Positions 8,549 through 19,646 of a stretch of 64,000 nt of DNA are shown piece after piece (position 1 is the stretch's first letter; the number at the start of each line of letters is the position of its first letter). The position numbers and the translations under genes were made by a program. The DNA is from a bacterium (GTDB taxonomy: Bacteria; SZUA-182; DTGQ01). The DNA is taken from the NCBI GenBank assembly GCA_023512255.1, contig JAILZY010000003.1, positions 29,400 through 93,399 on the forward strand. The letters run 5' to 3'. Under the pieces are notes generated by a model. That model saw only the letters and a program-made list of their open reading frames with translations. It had not been told where the DNA came from and did not search any database.

Positions 8549-10099
8549 TTAGTCTAGCAAATCTAACACCGTATTTATTGATACACGATCAGCAACAGAA
8601 TCAGCTAAAATGGCCAGAATGTCATGTTCATTAATTTCATCCTCACCACCATCGCGGGAGCGGTCAGCGGCAATGAGCTGAGGGCCAAGCAGAGTTCCCT
8701 TACCTACACATGCCTTGAGGACCTGCAGGGCATTGTAAGCGGTAATATTTCCCAACTTGGTTACATCACCCTCTTTACAGCTAAAATATAGGGCACAAAT
8801 CGCCTCACTGTTTCGATCAACCCGTGGAGTTGCATATTCGCCGCTGACGGTAAAACCAATCCGGTCCACGAAGACCTCGTACTGATCAGGCACTTTGGCC
8901 ATCATGGATTTAATCAGGTAGTTCAGACCCCAATAGGTGCCTTTGTAAAAATCGCGCCTTTTCCAAGTAGTCTGGAAATTATAGGCCATAGCCTTGATGC
9001 CGTAGCATTGATCCTGGAGGCTGATACCATTCCAAGGAGTTAGGCGTCCATCCACAGTCTCTCCTCCCCAATAGAAGGAGCCGCACATCGGATCGACCTT
9101 GGTGGCTGTAAACTGCAAGCCCTTTAAATAGGCTAAGCCTTTCCTGAGAGCAGGTTTATTCTGGTAAGCATAGAACCGCTTGAGTACCTCAACTGCCTTG
9201 GCCTGTCCAGCGGTCCGAACATAGGAGCGGCCATTGTTTTGTAAATAATAAAACCCGCCTGCGGCATCTTGAAACTCGCAGATTTTAGCCATCAAAGCAT
9301 CGGCCCAGGTACCCATATTCGGATCCTGCAGCCCAGCCTCCTTCCCATACAATTTGGCCGCCTCAACCCAACTGGCCATCTGCCAAATCTTGAGCTGCCG
9401 AAGGCCAGAATCGCTAGCCTCGTAAAGGTCGGATACCGCATCTGCCGTCGGATATTGTTTAACAAACTCTTTAAGACCTGAAAGCCCTGCCTCATAGTAT
9501 GGCCGACTCAGCCTAGTTTCATCTACTGCTTTAGACAAGGCATAGAGGAAAACAATATCTGTTGAAACCAACTTGTTGGGATCTTGAGCCAGCAGCGCAT
9601 CTCCTGCTGCCCGAGCCGCGTTGAGCAGACGGGAATTTGGGCGGCTGATCTTCAGCTTGCCACCCTCCCGATGCCCAGTACTGCTCATGTCCCAGGCGGC
9701 CAAAAGCGCCAGGCCGACGATTCCATAGTTGTTGGGCACCAATTCATTTGGGCCTTCGGTCGAATCGCTCAAATCTCTCGGCCACCCATGATCGCTCCTC
9801 TGAATATCAACGAGCCTGCTAGATACATTACTCACGATCTCAGATATATCCACCATTGTGTGAAAGCGTGCTCCTGGCTGAATAGGAACGGCATATAGTT
9901 TTTTTGCTCTATTAGAACTTTCTCTTGCTCCACTGCCAATCGGCTGCAGATCAATCAAAGCTGCCTGTTGAGAGGTATTGTAGGCTCTCACCTCAGCAAT
10001 GATATTCGGCTCAGCGGCTGATGAGGCTCTCGGAGCAGTTCCTAAAAACAGCGCCATTACAGCAAGTAATAAAAGGATTCGAAGCCATCTACTTTCCAC
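8549..10099 (-). CDS. Secreted hypothetical protein (516 aa), possible alpha/alpha-toroid fold, C-terminal dockerin/EF-hand-like acidic segment
   Basis: Signal peptide MALFLGTAPRASSAAEP. The C-terminus is DGGEDEINEHDILAILADSV. Confidence 0.65.
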   Translation of the reverse strand: MESRWLRILLLLAVMALFLGTAPRASSAAEPNIIAEVRAYNTSQQAALIDLQPIGSGARESSNRAKKLYAVPIQPGARFHTMVDISEIVSNVSSRLVDIQRSDHGWPRDLSDSTEGPNELVPNNYGIVGLALLAAWDMSSTGHREGGKLKISRPNSRLLNAARAAGDALLAQDPNKLVSTDIVFLYALSKAVDETRLSRPYYEAGLSGLKEFVKQYPTADAVSDLYEASDSGLRQLKIWQMASWVEAAKLYGKEAGLQDPNMGTWADALMAKICEFQDAAGGFYYLQNNGRSYVRTAGQAKAVEVLKRFYAYQNKPALRKGLAYLKGLQFTATKVDPMCGSFYWGGETVDGRLTPWNGISLQDQCYGIKAMAYNFQTTWKRRDFYKGTYWGLNYLIKSMMAKVPDQYEVFVDRIGFTVSGEYATPRVDRNSEAICALYFSCKEGDVTKLGNITAYNALQVLKACVGKGTLLGPQLIAADRSRDGGEDEINEHDILAILADSVADRVSINTVLDLLD

Positions 10100-10445
10100 G
10101 TATTCTTCCTCCTCTCAGCAATTTAAAATTTTCTGGATAAATATAAGCCATTGTTGGGTAATGCCATTGTTGGGTAATATAGATTGCATAATAAATATAA
10201 TCGCAGAATAAATATGCATGATAAAAGATATTTCTTACTGTAATAAAAAACTTTCAGGTGATAGGTTTAAAATATGGTTTCCTTGCCTAAACTTTCTCGA
10301 TTGTGTAGTTTAAGAGATTTTGGCCACTCTTTTTGATAAGCTGAAACCACAGAGGATAAAATAAAGAATGGAGATGAAAAAGATTGCTGAAAAACTTGAA
10401 ACGATTCTGCTCTAATCCCCCCAAGCTCCCACATCTTCTATAATC

Positions 10446-11063
10446 TCACCAATAGGGGCTTGCTGAGGCCCATGATGATTGCTGGGCATATTCAGATTTC
10501 CAGGGCAAGCTGGGAATATAGGGGCCGCCCTGATACGGCAAGATACCACCTGGGGCATTCTGAGGAGGATTTATTCCAAGCAGACCAAAAACCAAAAACC
10601 GATCTTCCTTCTCAAGCACCCTTGCTCTGCTGGCCACTACTTGCTGCGAAGGTGCTGGAGCAGAAGTAGAATTCAAGGCAATGACCTCACCTCGGCTCAA
10701 TTTGTAGGTTCTGTCGCCTGAAACCGCCTCCACCGCTCCGCTCAGGCATCTGAATTTTCGATCAATTTCAGACTCATAGGCCAGCTCATCACCCTGATCA
10801 AGAATCAATTGGGTATCCTCCACTTCGACCACCGATGTCCCTTCCAAAGAGATGACCCTGGTCTGAGGAGTGAGAAGAAGTTCTTTTTCCCCACCTTCAC
10901 AGAAAATTCTCTCTCCATCAGGATTGATTAAAAGCAGCTTTCCTGTGTTTATCCGCACCACAGCTTTGATCTGTCCCTCAGCCGCAAGAGCAGTGGAAGA
11001 TAAAAGCGCGGCTGCAAATAACATCACTAACACTCTACCTACTCTTTCCTTTCGCTTTTTCAT
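10446..11063 (-). CDS. Secreted hypothetical protein (205 aa)
   Basis: Signal peptide VLVMLFAAALLSSTALAAEG. The ORF is conserved in length; no known motif. Confidence 0.55.
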   Translation of the reverse strand: MKKRKERVGRVLVMLFAAALLSSTALAAEGQIKAVVRINTGKLLLINPDGERIFCEGGEKELLLTPQTRVISLEGTSVVEVEDTQLILDQGDELAYESEIDRKFRCLSGAVEAVSGDRTYKLSRGEVIALNSTSAPAPSQQVVASRARVLEKEDRFLVFGLLGINPPQNAPGGILPYQGGPYIPSLPWKSEYAQQSSWASASPYW

Positions 11064-11747
11064 GGTTCCCCCTTAAATGTAAATATAATATAATTTTTAG
11101 ATTGATAAACAATGTGATACGCTTTTTCTCTCTCTATCTCACGGCTCACTCTGAAAAAAGGTTTTCTACCCTTCTTGCCCCTTTTATCAATAATATTCCA
11201 ATTCACCGCCATTGAATTTATACTCTTTATACATCCAGTTGTCAATAACTATCTTCTACTTGATATATTATTTGAATTCTCTTCTTGTACTTTCACCCCA
11301 CTCTCTTGGCTGTCAATCCTCATTTGATCAGGAAGAGCTGTCTGCTTATTTCTCTGACCTTCACCTCCTAGATAATGGACGTCATACTGCTTTTTGATTT
11401 GATTAACAGGTCAAAGAAGTAAATTTTTTGAGGAAAGTGTTTCTCGGAAAAATTTGCCAAACCTAGATCTTTTATCGGAGCAAAAGGTTAGTTTCATCGT
11501 GCATATACTTTTTCATTGCTTATGCTCAGGATGACCAAAAGTTAATAAGTTTCAATATTTCAATCAGTTACAAAAAATGAAAAAGTATAGAATCGTGGAA
11601 GTAAGGCTTTAAAAAAGCCTAATCGCTATATAACCAACCATAATGATTTATAACCTTCTAGCCAAATAATTATTTAACTTGTCTATCGCTACCTCATTAT
11701 GTCAAATTATAAACCTTTATGGTCAGGTACTTATCCAGCGCCCTTAC

Positions 11748-12428
11748 TCAGTCGCCAAAATAGCGGTCTGCCTGCTCGGTGATCTGATTCAGCCGAGCTT
11801 CCAGGAGCTTGCGCTTTTCTTCGATGGCCAGACGATCCTCATCTGCACCAACCCATATCGGATCACCGAAGATAAATACCCCTCTAGCAAAGGGATAGGG
11901 AATGAAAAACCGGTCCCAGGTTGATAAAAATTTTCCTCGGCACGCACTGAAAGCCACCGGCACAAGGGGACAGCCGCTCAGGCGGGCCAGGAGGATGGCT
12001 CCGCTTTTGGCCTGCTGCCGTGGTCCCCTCGGTCCATCGGGAGCAATAGCCGCCTGAGAGCCTCTCTTTAGCTCTCTGGCAAGCTCCCGCAGGGCAGCTA
12101 CCCCGTGCTGGCTGCTTGATCCCCGGACCGAATAATAGCCAAAATAGCGGATAATCCGACTGATCAGCTCTCCATCTCCATGCTGGCTGATCATCACTAC
12201 TGCCCTTCGGCCAAGGCAGACCAGGGGCATCATCAGCAGCCGTCCATGCCAGAAGACATAGATGACTGCACCTCCCCTAGACCATAAATCATCGACCTTT
12301 TCCCTTCCGATCCACACCTTGCGCAGCGTCAGCCCTAAAACCCTAATCAGCCAAGCCCCAAGCCAGGGAAAAAGCTCAAGATTGAGCAGCCTTTTTTTCC
12401 ATTTTTTCCGAATCGTCTTCCAGCTCAC
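11748..12428 (-). CDS. DUF374/lysophospholipid-acyltransferase-like protein (lipid A operon member)
   Basis: Carries the VFWHGRLLMMP and IAPDGPRGPR motifs. It is translationally coupled (4-nt overlap) to lpxB. Confidence 0.7.
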   Translation of the reverse strand: MSWKTIRKKWKKRLLNLELFPWLGAWLIRVLGLTLRKVWIGREKVDDLWSRGGAVIYVFWHGRLLMMPLVCLGRRAVVMISQHGDGELISRIIRYFGYYSVRGSSSQHGVAALRELARELKRGSQAAIAPDGPRGPRQQAKSGAILLARLSGCPLVPVAFSACRGKFLSTWDRFFIPYPFARGVFIFGDPIWVGADEDRLAIEEKRKLLEARLNQITEQADRYFGD

Positions 12429-13774
12429 CGCTCAAGCATCTCCATAACCACCTCAGCGGCCCGAGCAGCGCTTCCCGGCTCACCCAGTCGGTCCCTGATC
12501 TTTCGCAGCTCCCGGCGCATGTGCTCACGCCGCTTTTGATCCTGCAAAATCTCCATAGCCAGAGAGGCGATTTTGTCTGCGTTAGCCTGATATTGAATCA
12601 ACTCAGGAACGATTTTCTTCTCAGCCACCAGGTTGACCAGCCCGATATAAGGGACCCGAATCAGCATTCTCCCCAGGATATAGCTTAGCAGGGAGAGCCT
12701 ATAGACCAGAATCATTGGGGTATTTAAAAGAGCGGTCTCCAGGGTAGCTGTGCCTGAGCTGACCAGGGCCAGATCAGCTACCCGGAGAATATCGTAGGTG
12801 CAGCTCTCTCGGCAGTGAATGGTAACTGATGGATATCGACGAAGATAGGGCTCGACTACAGAGGGTTTGATCGTGGAAGCTAGGGCCAGCAGAAACTGAA
12901 GATCAGGTTTTTGCCTGATGAGCTTTTCGGCTGCTCCCAGCAGTTGAGGTAAAATCCGTGAGATCTCACTTTTTCGACTGCCCGGCAAAAGGGCAATGAT
13001 CGGCCTTTTCGGATCAACGCCCAGACGGCGGCAAATCTCTTCCCGCATACTCGCAGACTCTGCCGGCTGTCTGCGGCTGTCTGACTGAGGCGACTCAGCC
13101 GACTGTGGCTCTTTTGGCTCTGCTCCTCTCCCTGGGGCTAACGCCAAGGGGTAGGGATTAATGCTCTCCATGCTAGGCTCTATCTCTCTTGGCTCTATCT
13201 CTCTCCCTGGGGCTATCTCTCCCCCGATCACATCCATCAGCGGATGGCCGATGAACCGCACATCCAGGCCGCATCCCTGGTATAGTGGAAGCTCAAAGGG
13301 AAAGATCACCAGCAGGGTATCCACAGTGCGAGCAATGGTCTTTATCCGCCATCTTCGCCAGGCCCACACCTGCGGACTTATATAGTAGAGCACCTTGATA
13401 TGCTCACGTCTAGCCACCTTAGCCAGACGGAGATTGAAATCAGGATAGTCGATCAGAATCAAAAGATCAGGCCGCTTGGTTCGAATGAATTGACACAGAG
13501 AGCGAAAGGTCTGCCGGATGGCCCGCCAATGGAGCATAACCTCGCCAATGCCAACCACAGCCAGATCATCAATGCGGCGGAGCAGCCGCACTCCCACCTC
13601 CTGCATCCTGCTGCCGCCGATGCCAAAAAGCTGCGCTGCCGGGAGCCGCTCCAGGATCTGCCTGGCCAGATTGGCCGCGTGCAAGTCACCGGAAGCCTCA
13701 CCGGCTACCATGAGAATCACTGCTGACGATGAGGTAGAACGCTCTTCTATAGCCACTCCTCCAGGCTTTGGCAA
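12425..13774 (-). CDS. lpxB: Lipid-A-disaccharide synthase LpxB, with a ~70-aa low-complexity insertion
   Basis: The N-terminal motif [15 protein letters not shown] is the LpxB signature. The insertion contains [10 protein letters not shown], encoded by tandem ctctatctctc repeats around 13150-13230. An alternative start is at 13711. Confidence 0.85.
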   Translation of the reverse strand: MPKPGGVAIEERSTSSSAVILMVAGEASGDLHAANLARQILERLPAAQLFGIGGSRMQEVGVRLLRRIDDLAVVGIGEVMLHWRAIRQTFRSLCQFIRTKRPDLLILIDYPDFNLRLAKVARREHIKVLYYISPQVWAWRRWRIKTIARTVDTLLVIFPFELPLYQGCGLDVRFIGHPLMDVIGGEIAPGREIEPREIEPSMESINPYPLALAPGRGAEPKEPQSAESPQSDSRRQPAESASMREEICRRLGVDPKRPIIALLPGSRKSEISRILPQLLGAAEKLIRQKPDLQFLLALASTIKPSVVEPYLRRYPSVTIHCRESCTYDILRVADLALVSSGTATLETALLNTPMILVYRLSLLSYILGRMLIRVPYIGLVNLVAEKKIVPELIQYQANADKIASLAMEILQDQKRREHMRRELRKIRDRLGEPGSAARAAEVVMEMLER

Positions 13775-14856
13775 ACGTAAGCAATCTGCTCTAAGGTCAT
13801 ATCGGGAAAGATAGGAAGCGAGAGCACTTGCTGGCTAGCGGCAAGACTTTCAGGCAGATCCTCATCAGCATAGTTTAAGCCGCGATACACTTGCTGTTTG
13901 TGCACCGGAATCGGGTAGTGGACCGCAGTGGCTATCCCCTTGGCCCTCAGCGCCTCCTGGATTTCTGACCGGCGGCCCCTAACTCTGACGGTATATTGAT
14001 TATAGACATGAAGGGCAAAATCTGCCTTATAGGGCGTGACTGCCTTGCCAGCCAGCCGCTGATTATATTCAGCGGCCTTTTCGATCCGCAACCTACGGTT
14101 TTGATCAACCTCGGCCAGCTTTACCCGCAGGATAGCCGCCTGCAATTCATCCAACCGACTGTTGAACCCAAGCCTTACATGCACATATTTTTGCTCACTA
14201 CCGTGGTCACGAAGCTGCCGCACTCTGGCCGCAACCTCTTCATCATTGGTCAAAACCATGCCGCCGTCTCCATAGCCGCCGAGATTCTTACTCGGGAAAA
14301 AGCTTAAGGCTCCTGCATCCCCTAAGGAGCCAACCTTTTTCCCCTTATATTCCGCACCAAAGGCCTGGGCACAATCCTCAATAACCTTCAGACCAAACTC
14401 TCTGGCTAGATCCAAAATTGGGTCCATATCCGCAGGCTGTCCATAGAGGTGGACAGGAAGAATCGCTTTGGTCTTTTTTGAAATCTTGGCCCGAATCTGT
14501 CCAGGATCAAGATTGTAGGTCCTAGGATCAATATCCACAAACACCGGTACCGCCCCAAGGTGAGAGATAGCCTCAGCCGTGGCTATAAAGGTAAAAGGCG
14601 TGGTAATGACCTCATCTTCCTGCCCTACTCCTACAGCCATAAGAGCCAGCCGCAGGGCATCGGTTCCCGAAGCTACTCCGATGGCGTATCGGGTATTAAT
14701 ATAGGCGGCAATTTCCGCTTCCAAAGCTTCCACATTAGGCCCTAGAATAAAGCGGCCCGATTCCAAAACCCGCTCGATAGCCTTTTGAATCGGCTCTCTT
14801 AACCTGCGGTATTCTGCAACCAAGTCAACCATTGGTACAAACATAATCCACTCCAT
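13747..14856 (-). CDS. DegT/DnrJ/EryC1/StrS-family PLP-dependent sugar aminotransferase
   Basis: The N-terminal region, with the [12 protein letters not shown] segment, is typical of the DegT family. 369 aa. Confidence 0.85.
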   Translation of the reverse strand: MEWIMFVPMVDLVAEYRRLREPIQKAIERVLESGRFILGPNVEALEAEIAAYINTRYAIGVASGTDALRLALMAVGVGQEDEVITTPFTFIATAEAISHLGAVPVFVDIDPRTYNLDPGQIRAKISKKTKAILPVHLYGQPADMDPILDLAREFGLKVIEDCAQAFGAEYKGKKVGSLGDAGALSFFPSKNLGGYGDGGMVLTNDEEVAARVRQLRDHGSEQKYVHVRLGFNSRLDELQAAILRVKLAEVDQNRRLRIEKAAEYNQRLAGKAVTPYKADFALHVYNQYTVRVRGRRSEIQEALRAKGIATAVHYPIPVHKQQVYRGLNYADEDLPESLAASQQVLSLPIFPDMTLEQIAYVCQSLEEWL

Positions 14857-14894
14857 TTATAATCAGGTATAATCAGGTTATCATAAGATAAGCT

Positions 14895-15920
14895 TCATGG
14901 CAAAGCAGATTTGGCCATTTTAGCTTTTAAGTCAATGATTCTGCGGCTAGCCTGATCAATGGCTGATCTTATTTCCTCATCCTGCCAATATCCATCCATC
15001 AGCGCCTCCCAGACCTGAATCTGCCGATCCGGCTCATGGCAAACCAGCAGGATATCTACTCCCGCCCTGACCGCGGCCAGGGCAGTCTCCTTAGGGGTAA
15101 AGTGATTAGTGATGGCTCCCATAGTCAAATCATCTGTGATCACTAGCCCCTGAAAACCGATTGTCTGCCGCAGCAGCCCTCGGATAATCTTTGGCGAGAG
15201 CGTGGCTGGATACTCTGAATCAAGCTGGGTATACTTGATGTGAGCCGTCATAATGATTGAAAGCCCTGCCTCTTGTATGCCCCTGACAAAGGGGATAAGC
15301 TCCCGCTGCCTAAGTGTCTCCAGAGGGCAATCAGAGACAGGGAGCTCATGGTGTGAATCCACGCTGACATCGCCATGGCCGGGAAAATGCTTGCCGCAGG
15401 CCAGCACTCCGCCAGCATGAAATCCGGCGATCAGCCGCTCACCAAGAGCAGCTACGGCCTGGGCTTCAGTGCCGAGGCAGCGCCGAGCCAAAAGGGTATT
15501 TTGGGGATTAGACAGCACGTCCAGAACCGGAGCTAGGTTGACCGTCAGGCCAAGGTTAGCCAACTCGCAAGCCAAGCCGTATCCAAACTGAAAAGCCTCT
15601 TTCAGACCGCGATTTGCCAGCAGCACAGGATCAGGGTATTGCTCAACCAGCCAAGGTATCCGCGACACCTTGCCTCCTTCCTGATCAATAGCCATTAGAA
15701 TCGGAAATTCACTTCCCACCTGCCGGTTCCACTCCTGCACATCCCGGCACAACTGCCTGACCTGATCCGGCTCGACGATATTGGCTGCAAATAGAATCAG
15801 GCCACCGACTTTCTGCTCCCTGATCATCCTGCGGACAGAATCATTCAGTTCGGTCCCCGAAAACCCAAACATGAGCATCTGGCCGACTTTTTTTTGAAGC
15901 TCATCTCTACTGGAGGGCAT
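14895..15920 (-). CDS. nagZ: Beta-N-acetylhexosaminidase NagZ (GH3 N-terminal domain)
   Basis: Has the GH3 catalytic region KHFPGHGDVSVDSH. 341 aa. Confidence 0.85.
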   Translation of the reverse strand: MPSSRDELQKKVGQMLMFGFSGTELNDSVRRMIREQKVGGLILFAANIVEPDQVRQLCRDVQEWNRQVGSEFPILMAIDQEGGKVSRIPWLVEQYPDPVLLANRGLKEAFQFGYGLACELANLGLTVNLAPVLDVLSNPQNTLLARRCLGTEAQAVAALGERLIAGFHAGGVLACGKHFPGHGDVSVDSHHELPVSDCPLETLRQRELIPFVRGIQEAGLSIIMTAHIKYTQLDSEYPATLSPKIIRGLLRQTIGFQGLVITDDLTMGAITNHFTPKETALAAVRAGVDILLVCHEPDRQIQVWEALMDGYWQDEEIRSAIDQASRRIIDLKAKMAKSALP

Positions 15921-16001
15921 TGGTGCATCCTGAAAAAGATATTTTATTTTAAATAATTTAAATAAATCTAAAAATTTAATTATTAAAATAAATCTAAGAA
16001 T

Positions 16002-16826
16002 CTAATAAATCTTAAGCTTTGGATCTACTGCATCCCGCAAGCCATCACCGATAAAATTGAAGCCAAGAACCATAATCATAATGGCTAGGCCGGGGAAAGC
16101 AGTAAGATGCGGGCTACTGAGCAGCACTGATCTGCCCTCGTTCAGCATGGCTCCCCAACTTGGAGTCGGTGGCTGAACCCCAAGACCGAGAAAGCTCAAA
16201 CCTGCTTCAGCCACAATATTGCCAGCCAGACCAAAGGTGGCCTGGACCATGATCGGGCCAAGAACATTGGGCAGGATATGGCCAAAGATGATCCTCATCG
16301 GACCAAGCCCCAGAGCCTTAGCTGCCAAGACGAATTCGGTCTCCCGCAAGGAAAGCACCTGCCCCCTGACCAGCCGGGCATAGCTTGCCCAGCCAATAAG
16401 CCCCAGGGTCAAGATGACATTATTAAGACTTGGCCCCAATACAGCCATAAAGGCAATGGTCAGCAAAATTCCTGGGAAAGCCATCAGAATATCTACCACC
16501 CGCATTATCAGCCCGTCAACCCAGCCCCCATAATAGCCGGCCAGAGAGCCAAGGCTAAACCCGATCAACACAGCTATGGTTACAGTCGAAAATCCCACCC
16601 ATACAGATATCCGGCTACCGTAGATCATCCGGCTGAGAATGTCCCGACCAAGGCTGTCCCGGCCAAGGGGATACCCAGGGCTTGGTTTGGCCAGACGATA
16701 AGACAGATCAATCTGGTTAGGTGGGTGAGGAGCAAAGAGTGGGGCAAAAATAGCCGTAGCCATGATTGCTCCGATAATTATTAGGCCAAAGACCGCCAGC
16801 TTGTTTTTAAATAATCGGGTCAACAC
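16002..16826 (-). CDS. ABC transporter permease, DppC/OppC-type (binding-protein-dependent inner-membrane component)
   Basis: Has the EAA-like loop and a GRDILSRMIYGSRISV N-terminal region. No partner ABC genes are present in the window. Confidence 0.8.
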   Translation of the reverse strand: MLTRLFKNKLAVFGLIIIGAIMATAIFAPLFAPHPPNQIDLSYRLAKPSPGYPLGRDSLGRDILSRMIYGSRISVWVGFSTVTIAVLIGFSLGSLAGYYGGWVDGLIMRVVDILMAFPGILLTIAFMAVLGPSLNNVILTLGLIGWASYARLVRGQVLSLRETEFVLAAKALGLGPMRIIFGHILPNVLGPIMVQATFGLAGNIVAEAGLSFLGLGVQPPTPSWGAMLNEGRSVLLSSPHLTAFPGLAIMIMVLGFNFIGDGLRDAVDPKLKIY

Positions 16827-16848
16827 TGAAATTTTGGCTAAAAAGATT

Positions 16849-18144
16849 CTATTTCGCCAACCGAGCGAATACCGTATGGGCTGCGGCTAAAGTTCGTTCG
16901 ATATCTTCATCTGAATGGGCCAGAGAAACAAAAACCGCTTCAAACTGTGATGGCGGCAGATAGATCCCCTCTTCCAGCATCCCCTGAAAATAGCGGGCAA
17001 ACATCTCCTGATTAGACCGAAGGGCAGAGGCATAGTCGGTAACCTGCTCTTTGGTAAAAAAGAGAGTAAAGATCGAGCCTGCCCGATTCATCGACACCTC
17101 AAGCCCAAAAGCCCTGGCCGAGGCCAGAAGCCCATTAGCCAGCCGCTCTGCTCTTTCCTCAAGTTGCCGGTAAACTTCCGGTGAGGACAGAAGCTTCAAG
17201 GTGGCTAAGCCAGCGGCCATAGCCAGGGGATTCCCGGACAAGGTCCCGGCCTGATAGATCGGCCCCAATGGAGCCAAAAATTGCATGATCTCTTTCTTGC
17301 CGCCAAAGGCACCTACTGGCAAGCCGCCGCCGATGATTTTCCCCAGACAGGTGAGGTCTGGTTTGATATGGTACAGCTCCTGGGCTCCTCCCTGACTCAA
17401 CCTAAAGCCACTTATAACCTCATCAAAGATCAGGACAATATCATGCCTTTCAGTCAACTCCCGCAGGTCTTCAAGAAATCCCTTGCGGGGAAGAATCACG
17501 CCCATGTTTCCAGGCACAGGCTCTACAATGATACAGGCAATATCTCGGCGAAAGTCCTGAAGAACACGGCTTACCTGATCAATATCGTTAAATGGCAAGG
17601 CAATCGTCTGATGAGCCAAACTGGTAGGAATACCACCACTAGTGGGGACCCCCAGGGTTGTCGCTCCCGAGCCAGCCTTAACCAGCAAGCTGTCTACATG
17701 GCCATGATAGCACCCTTCAAACTTGATAATCTTATCACGGCCCTTATATCCTCTGGCCAGGCGAATGGCGCTCATGACCGCCTCGGTTCCAGAGTTAACC
17801 ATCCTGACCTGCTCGATTGATGGAAACCTCTGGCAGATGAGCTGAGCCAGCTCAACTTCCAGGCTGGTCGAAGCCCCAAAGCTCAACCCATTTTCCGCCG
17901 CAGCCTGAATCGCCCGCACCACCTCCGGATGAGCATGCCCCAGGATCATCGGCCCCCAGGAGCCTACATAGTCAATGTATTCATTGCCATCAACATCGTA
18001 AATCTTTGATCCACTAGCCCGGTCGATAAACAGAGGATTTCCCCCTACTGCCTTGAAAGCTCGAACAGGACTATTGACCCCGCCCGGGATGTGCTTCTGG
18101 GCTTTTTCAAACCAATACTTTGATTTTTCTGTAACTTTTCCCAT
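16849..18144 (-). CDS. hemL: Glutamate-1-semialdehyde 2,1-aminomutase HemL
   Basis: Has the [10 protein letters not shown] motif and a PLP-lysine region. The start is set at MGKVTEK; the ORF track extends it to 18180. Confidence 0.9.
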   Translation of the reverse strand: MGKVTEKSKYWFEKAQKHIPGGVNSPVRAFKAVGGNPLFIDRASGSKIYDVDGNEYIDYVGSWGPMILGHAHPEVVRAIQAAAENGLSFGASTSLEVELAQLICQRFPSIEQVRMVNSGTEAVMSAIRLARGYKGRDKIIKFEGCYHGHVDSLLVKAGSGATTLGVPTSGGIPTSLAHQTIALPFNDIDQVSRVLQDFRRDIACIIVEPVPGNMGVILPRKGFLEDLRELTERHDIVLIFDEVISGFRLSQGGAQELYHIKPDLTCLGKIIGGGLPVGAFGGKKEIMQFLAPLGPIYQAGTLSGNPLAMAAGLATLKLLSSPEVYRQLEERAERLANGLLASARAFGLEVSMNRAGSIFTLFFTKEQVTDYASALRSNQEMFARYFQGMLEEGIYLPPSQFEAVFVSLAHSDEDIERTLAAAHTVFARLAK

Positions 18145-18399
18145 AAAGATTCTCCTTCGAGAAGGAGAAGGGAGCAGCAAGCCTTTTATTATTTCCCCTC
18201 TCTTATCTTGTCTTGAGTGATGAAATTATAGGCTATCATATTCATTCTTCTCTCAGCTTGTCAACCTATTTTTTTCGGACTATTTTTTGGCCAAAGTTTT
18301 ATAAGCCAAAATAATATCTTGGCTCAAAGTTTAAAATCTTGCCGGCAAGAGATTTTTTGACAATATCCGATCAAATTGGATATGATTCCACCACTAGTA

Positions 18400-18548
18400 T
18401 AAGGTGGTCTTTTCGCTAACAAAGTGCGCAAGCTGGGGGCGAACACAAGGGCCGCCCCTACAATTAGCTTATCCGCCCCTTCAATTTATAGCGTAATTGA
18501 TCCGCTGCGCACTTGTGTTAAGCACTTGGCGAGAAAACCACTTAAGAA
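18400..18548 (-). repeat. Family-1 repeat element copy A (~130-150 bp, imperfect ~30-bp terminal inverted repeats, conserved core cgtaacacaagttgcgcagcggatcaattacgctat)
   Basis: This is the reverse complement of the copies at 37580-37700 and 46578-46705. It lies about 250 bp upstream of hemL. Confidence 0.8.
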
Positions 18549-18672
18549 AGCTAGCCTGAAGTATGTAGGCAAATGGGCAGCGCGCCTTACTTGAGGCGAG
18601 GCTAGAAGCAACCAAATGTCGAGTTATAAACCTTTATGGTCAGGCATTTAGAAGAATAAAGCGGGGAAGATG

Positions 18673-19500
18673 TCAGCCGTAATACTCTTCTTCAACCCGC
18701 AGAATATATTCTTGAGTCTCTTTTGGCAAGGCCTCTGGACGGCTTTCAAGATTGCCCATGCCCCAGTTGTAGGCAGCCAGGGCAAGCCTCAAATTCCCCT
18801 GATAGCGGTCAAGCAGACGGCGCAGGTAGCATGTCCCCCCCCTGATGTTCTGAACAGGATCGAAGGGATCAGACACTCCAAGCTCAGCCGCAGTAGCTGG
18901 CATAAGCTGCATCAGCCCCTTAGCGCCAGCCGGTGATACGGCCTTTGGGTCCCAATTGCTTTCAACCGCAATAATCGCCCTGACCAGCGCTGGATCAAGG
19001 CCATATTGGTTTGAAAATCTTGTGATAATCCCCTCAAGATCATAACTTCCCATAAGGTAAGGCTTATCCGGATGTTCCTCATCTTTTAGGGGAGATTTCG
19101 AAGTCTCCCATACTTTCCTTGCGGCAGTATTTAATCTTTCCGTCTGTGGTAAGATAGTCAGCTCCCTCTTCTCTTGCCCTAAAGAGGAGATCGGCCACGG
19201 CAAAGATGAAAAGGCTGCCTCTGCTATCGTCGGCAAATACGATTCTCTGCCTTTTGCTCTAGCCAGAATCATCTCCAAAGTCTTTGAGAGAAGCTCGATG
19301 GCCGCAAGCTCTAGCGGCCTATCCCCGCCGGCCTGATCAAGTAGGGAATCCCGAAGGATCGCTCCAAAGTCAGAGCATCCTACCCCTCCTTGCTGCCTTA
19401 ACCATCCCCCCGTTGTCCCTTGCGCGGCCAGATGACCAATGATTGCCCTCGAATTGATCTTGTTTACCATACCCCTGACAACCTCGCAAGACTTACTCAA
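18673..19500 (-). CDS. Lytic transglycosylase (SLT domain) family protein
   Basis: The C-terminal motifs AIIAVESNWDPKAVSPAGAKGLMQLMPATA are SLT-domain catalytic motifs. Confidence 0.85.
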   Translation of the reverse strand: MSKSCEVVRGMVNKINSRAIIGHLAAQGTTGGWLRQQGGVGCSDFGAILRDSLLDQAGGDRPLELAAIELLSKTLEMILARAKGRESYLPTIAEAAFSSLPWPISSLGQEKRELTILPQTERLNTAARKVWETSKSPLKDEEHPDKPYLMGSYDLEGIITRFSNQYGLDPALVRAIIAVESNWDPKAVSPAGAKGLMQLMPATAAELGVSDPFDPVQNIRGGTCYLRRLLDRYQGNLRLALAAYNWGMGNLESRPEALPKETQEYILRVEEEYYG

Positions 19501-19646
19501 AAGCCTCTTGTTTGTGGACCATAATCTTAATCCTAAGATTTTAAAGCTCTTCTCCCTTTTCCCTTCCCTCTTCTCTTACTTCTTTTCACTTTCCTCTTGC
19601 CAAGACAATAAAAACATATCAGCGCTCAAAAATCCTCACTGGTGCT

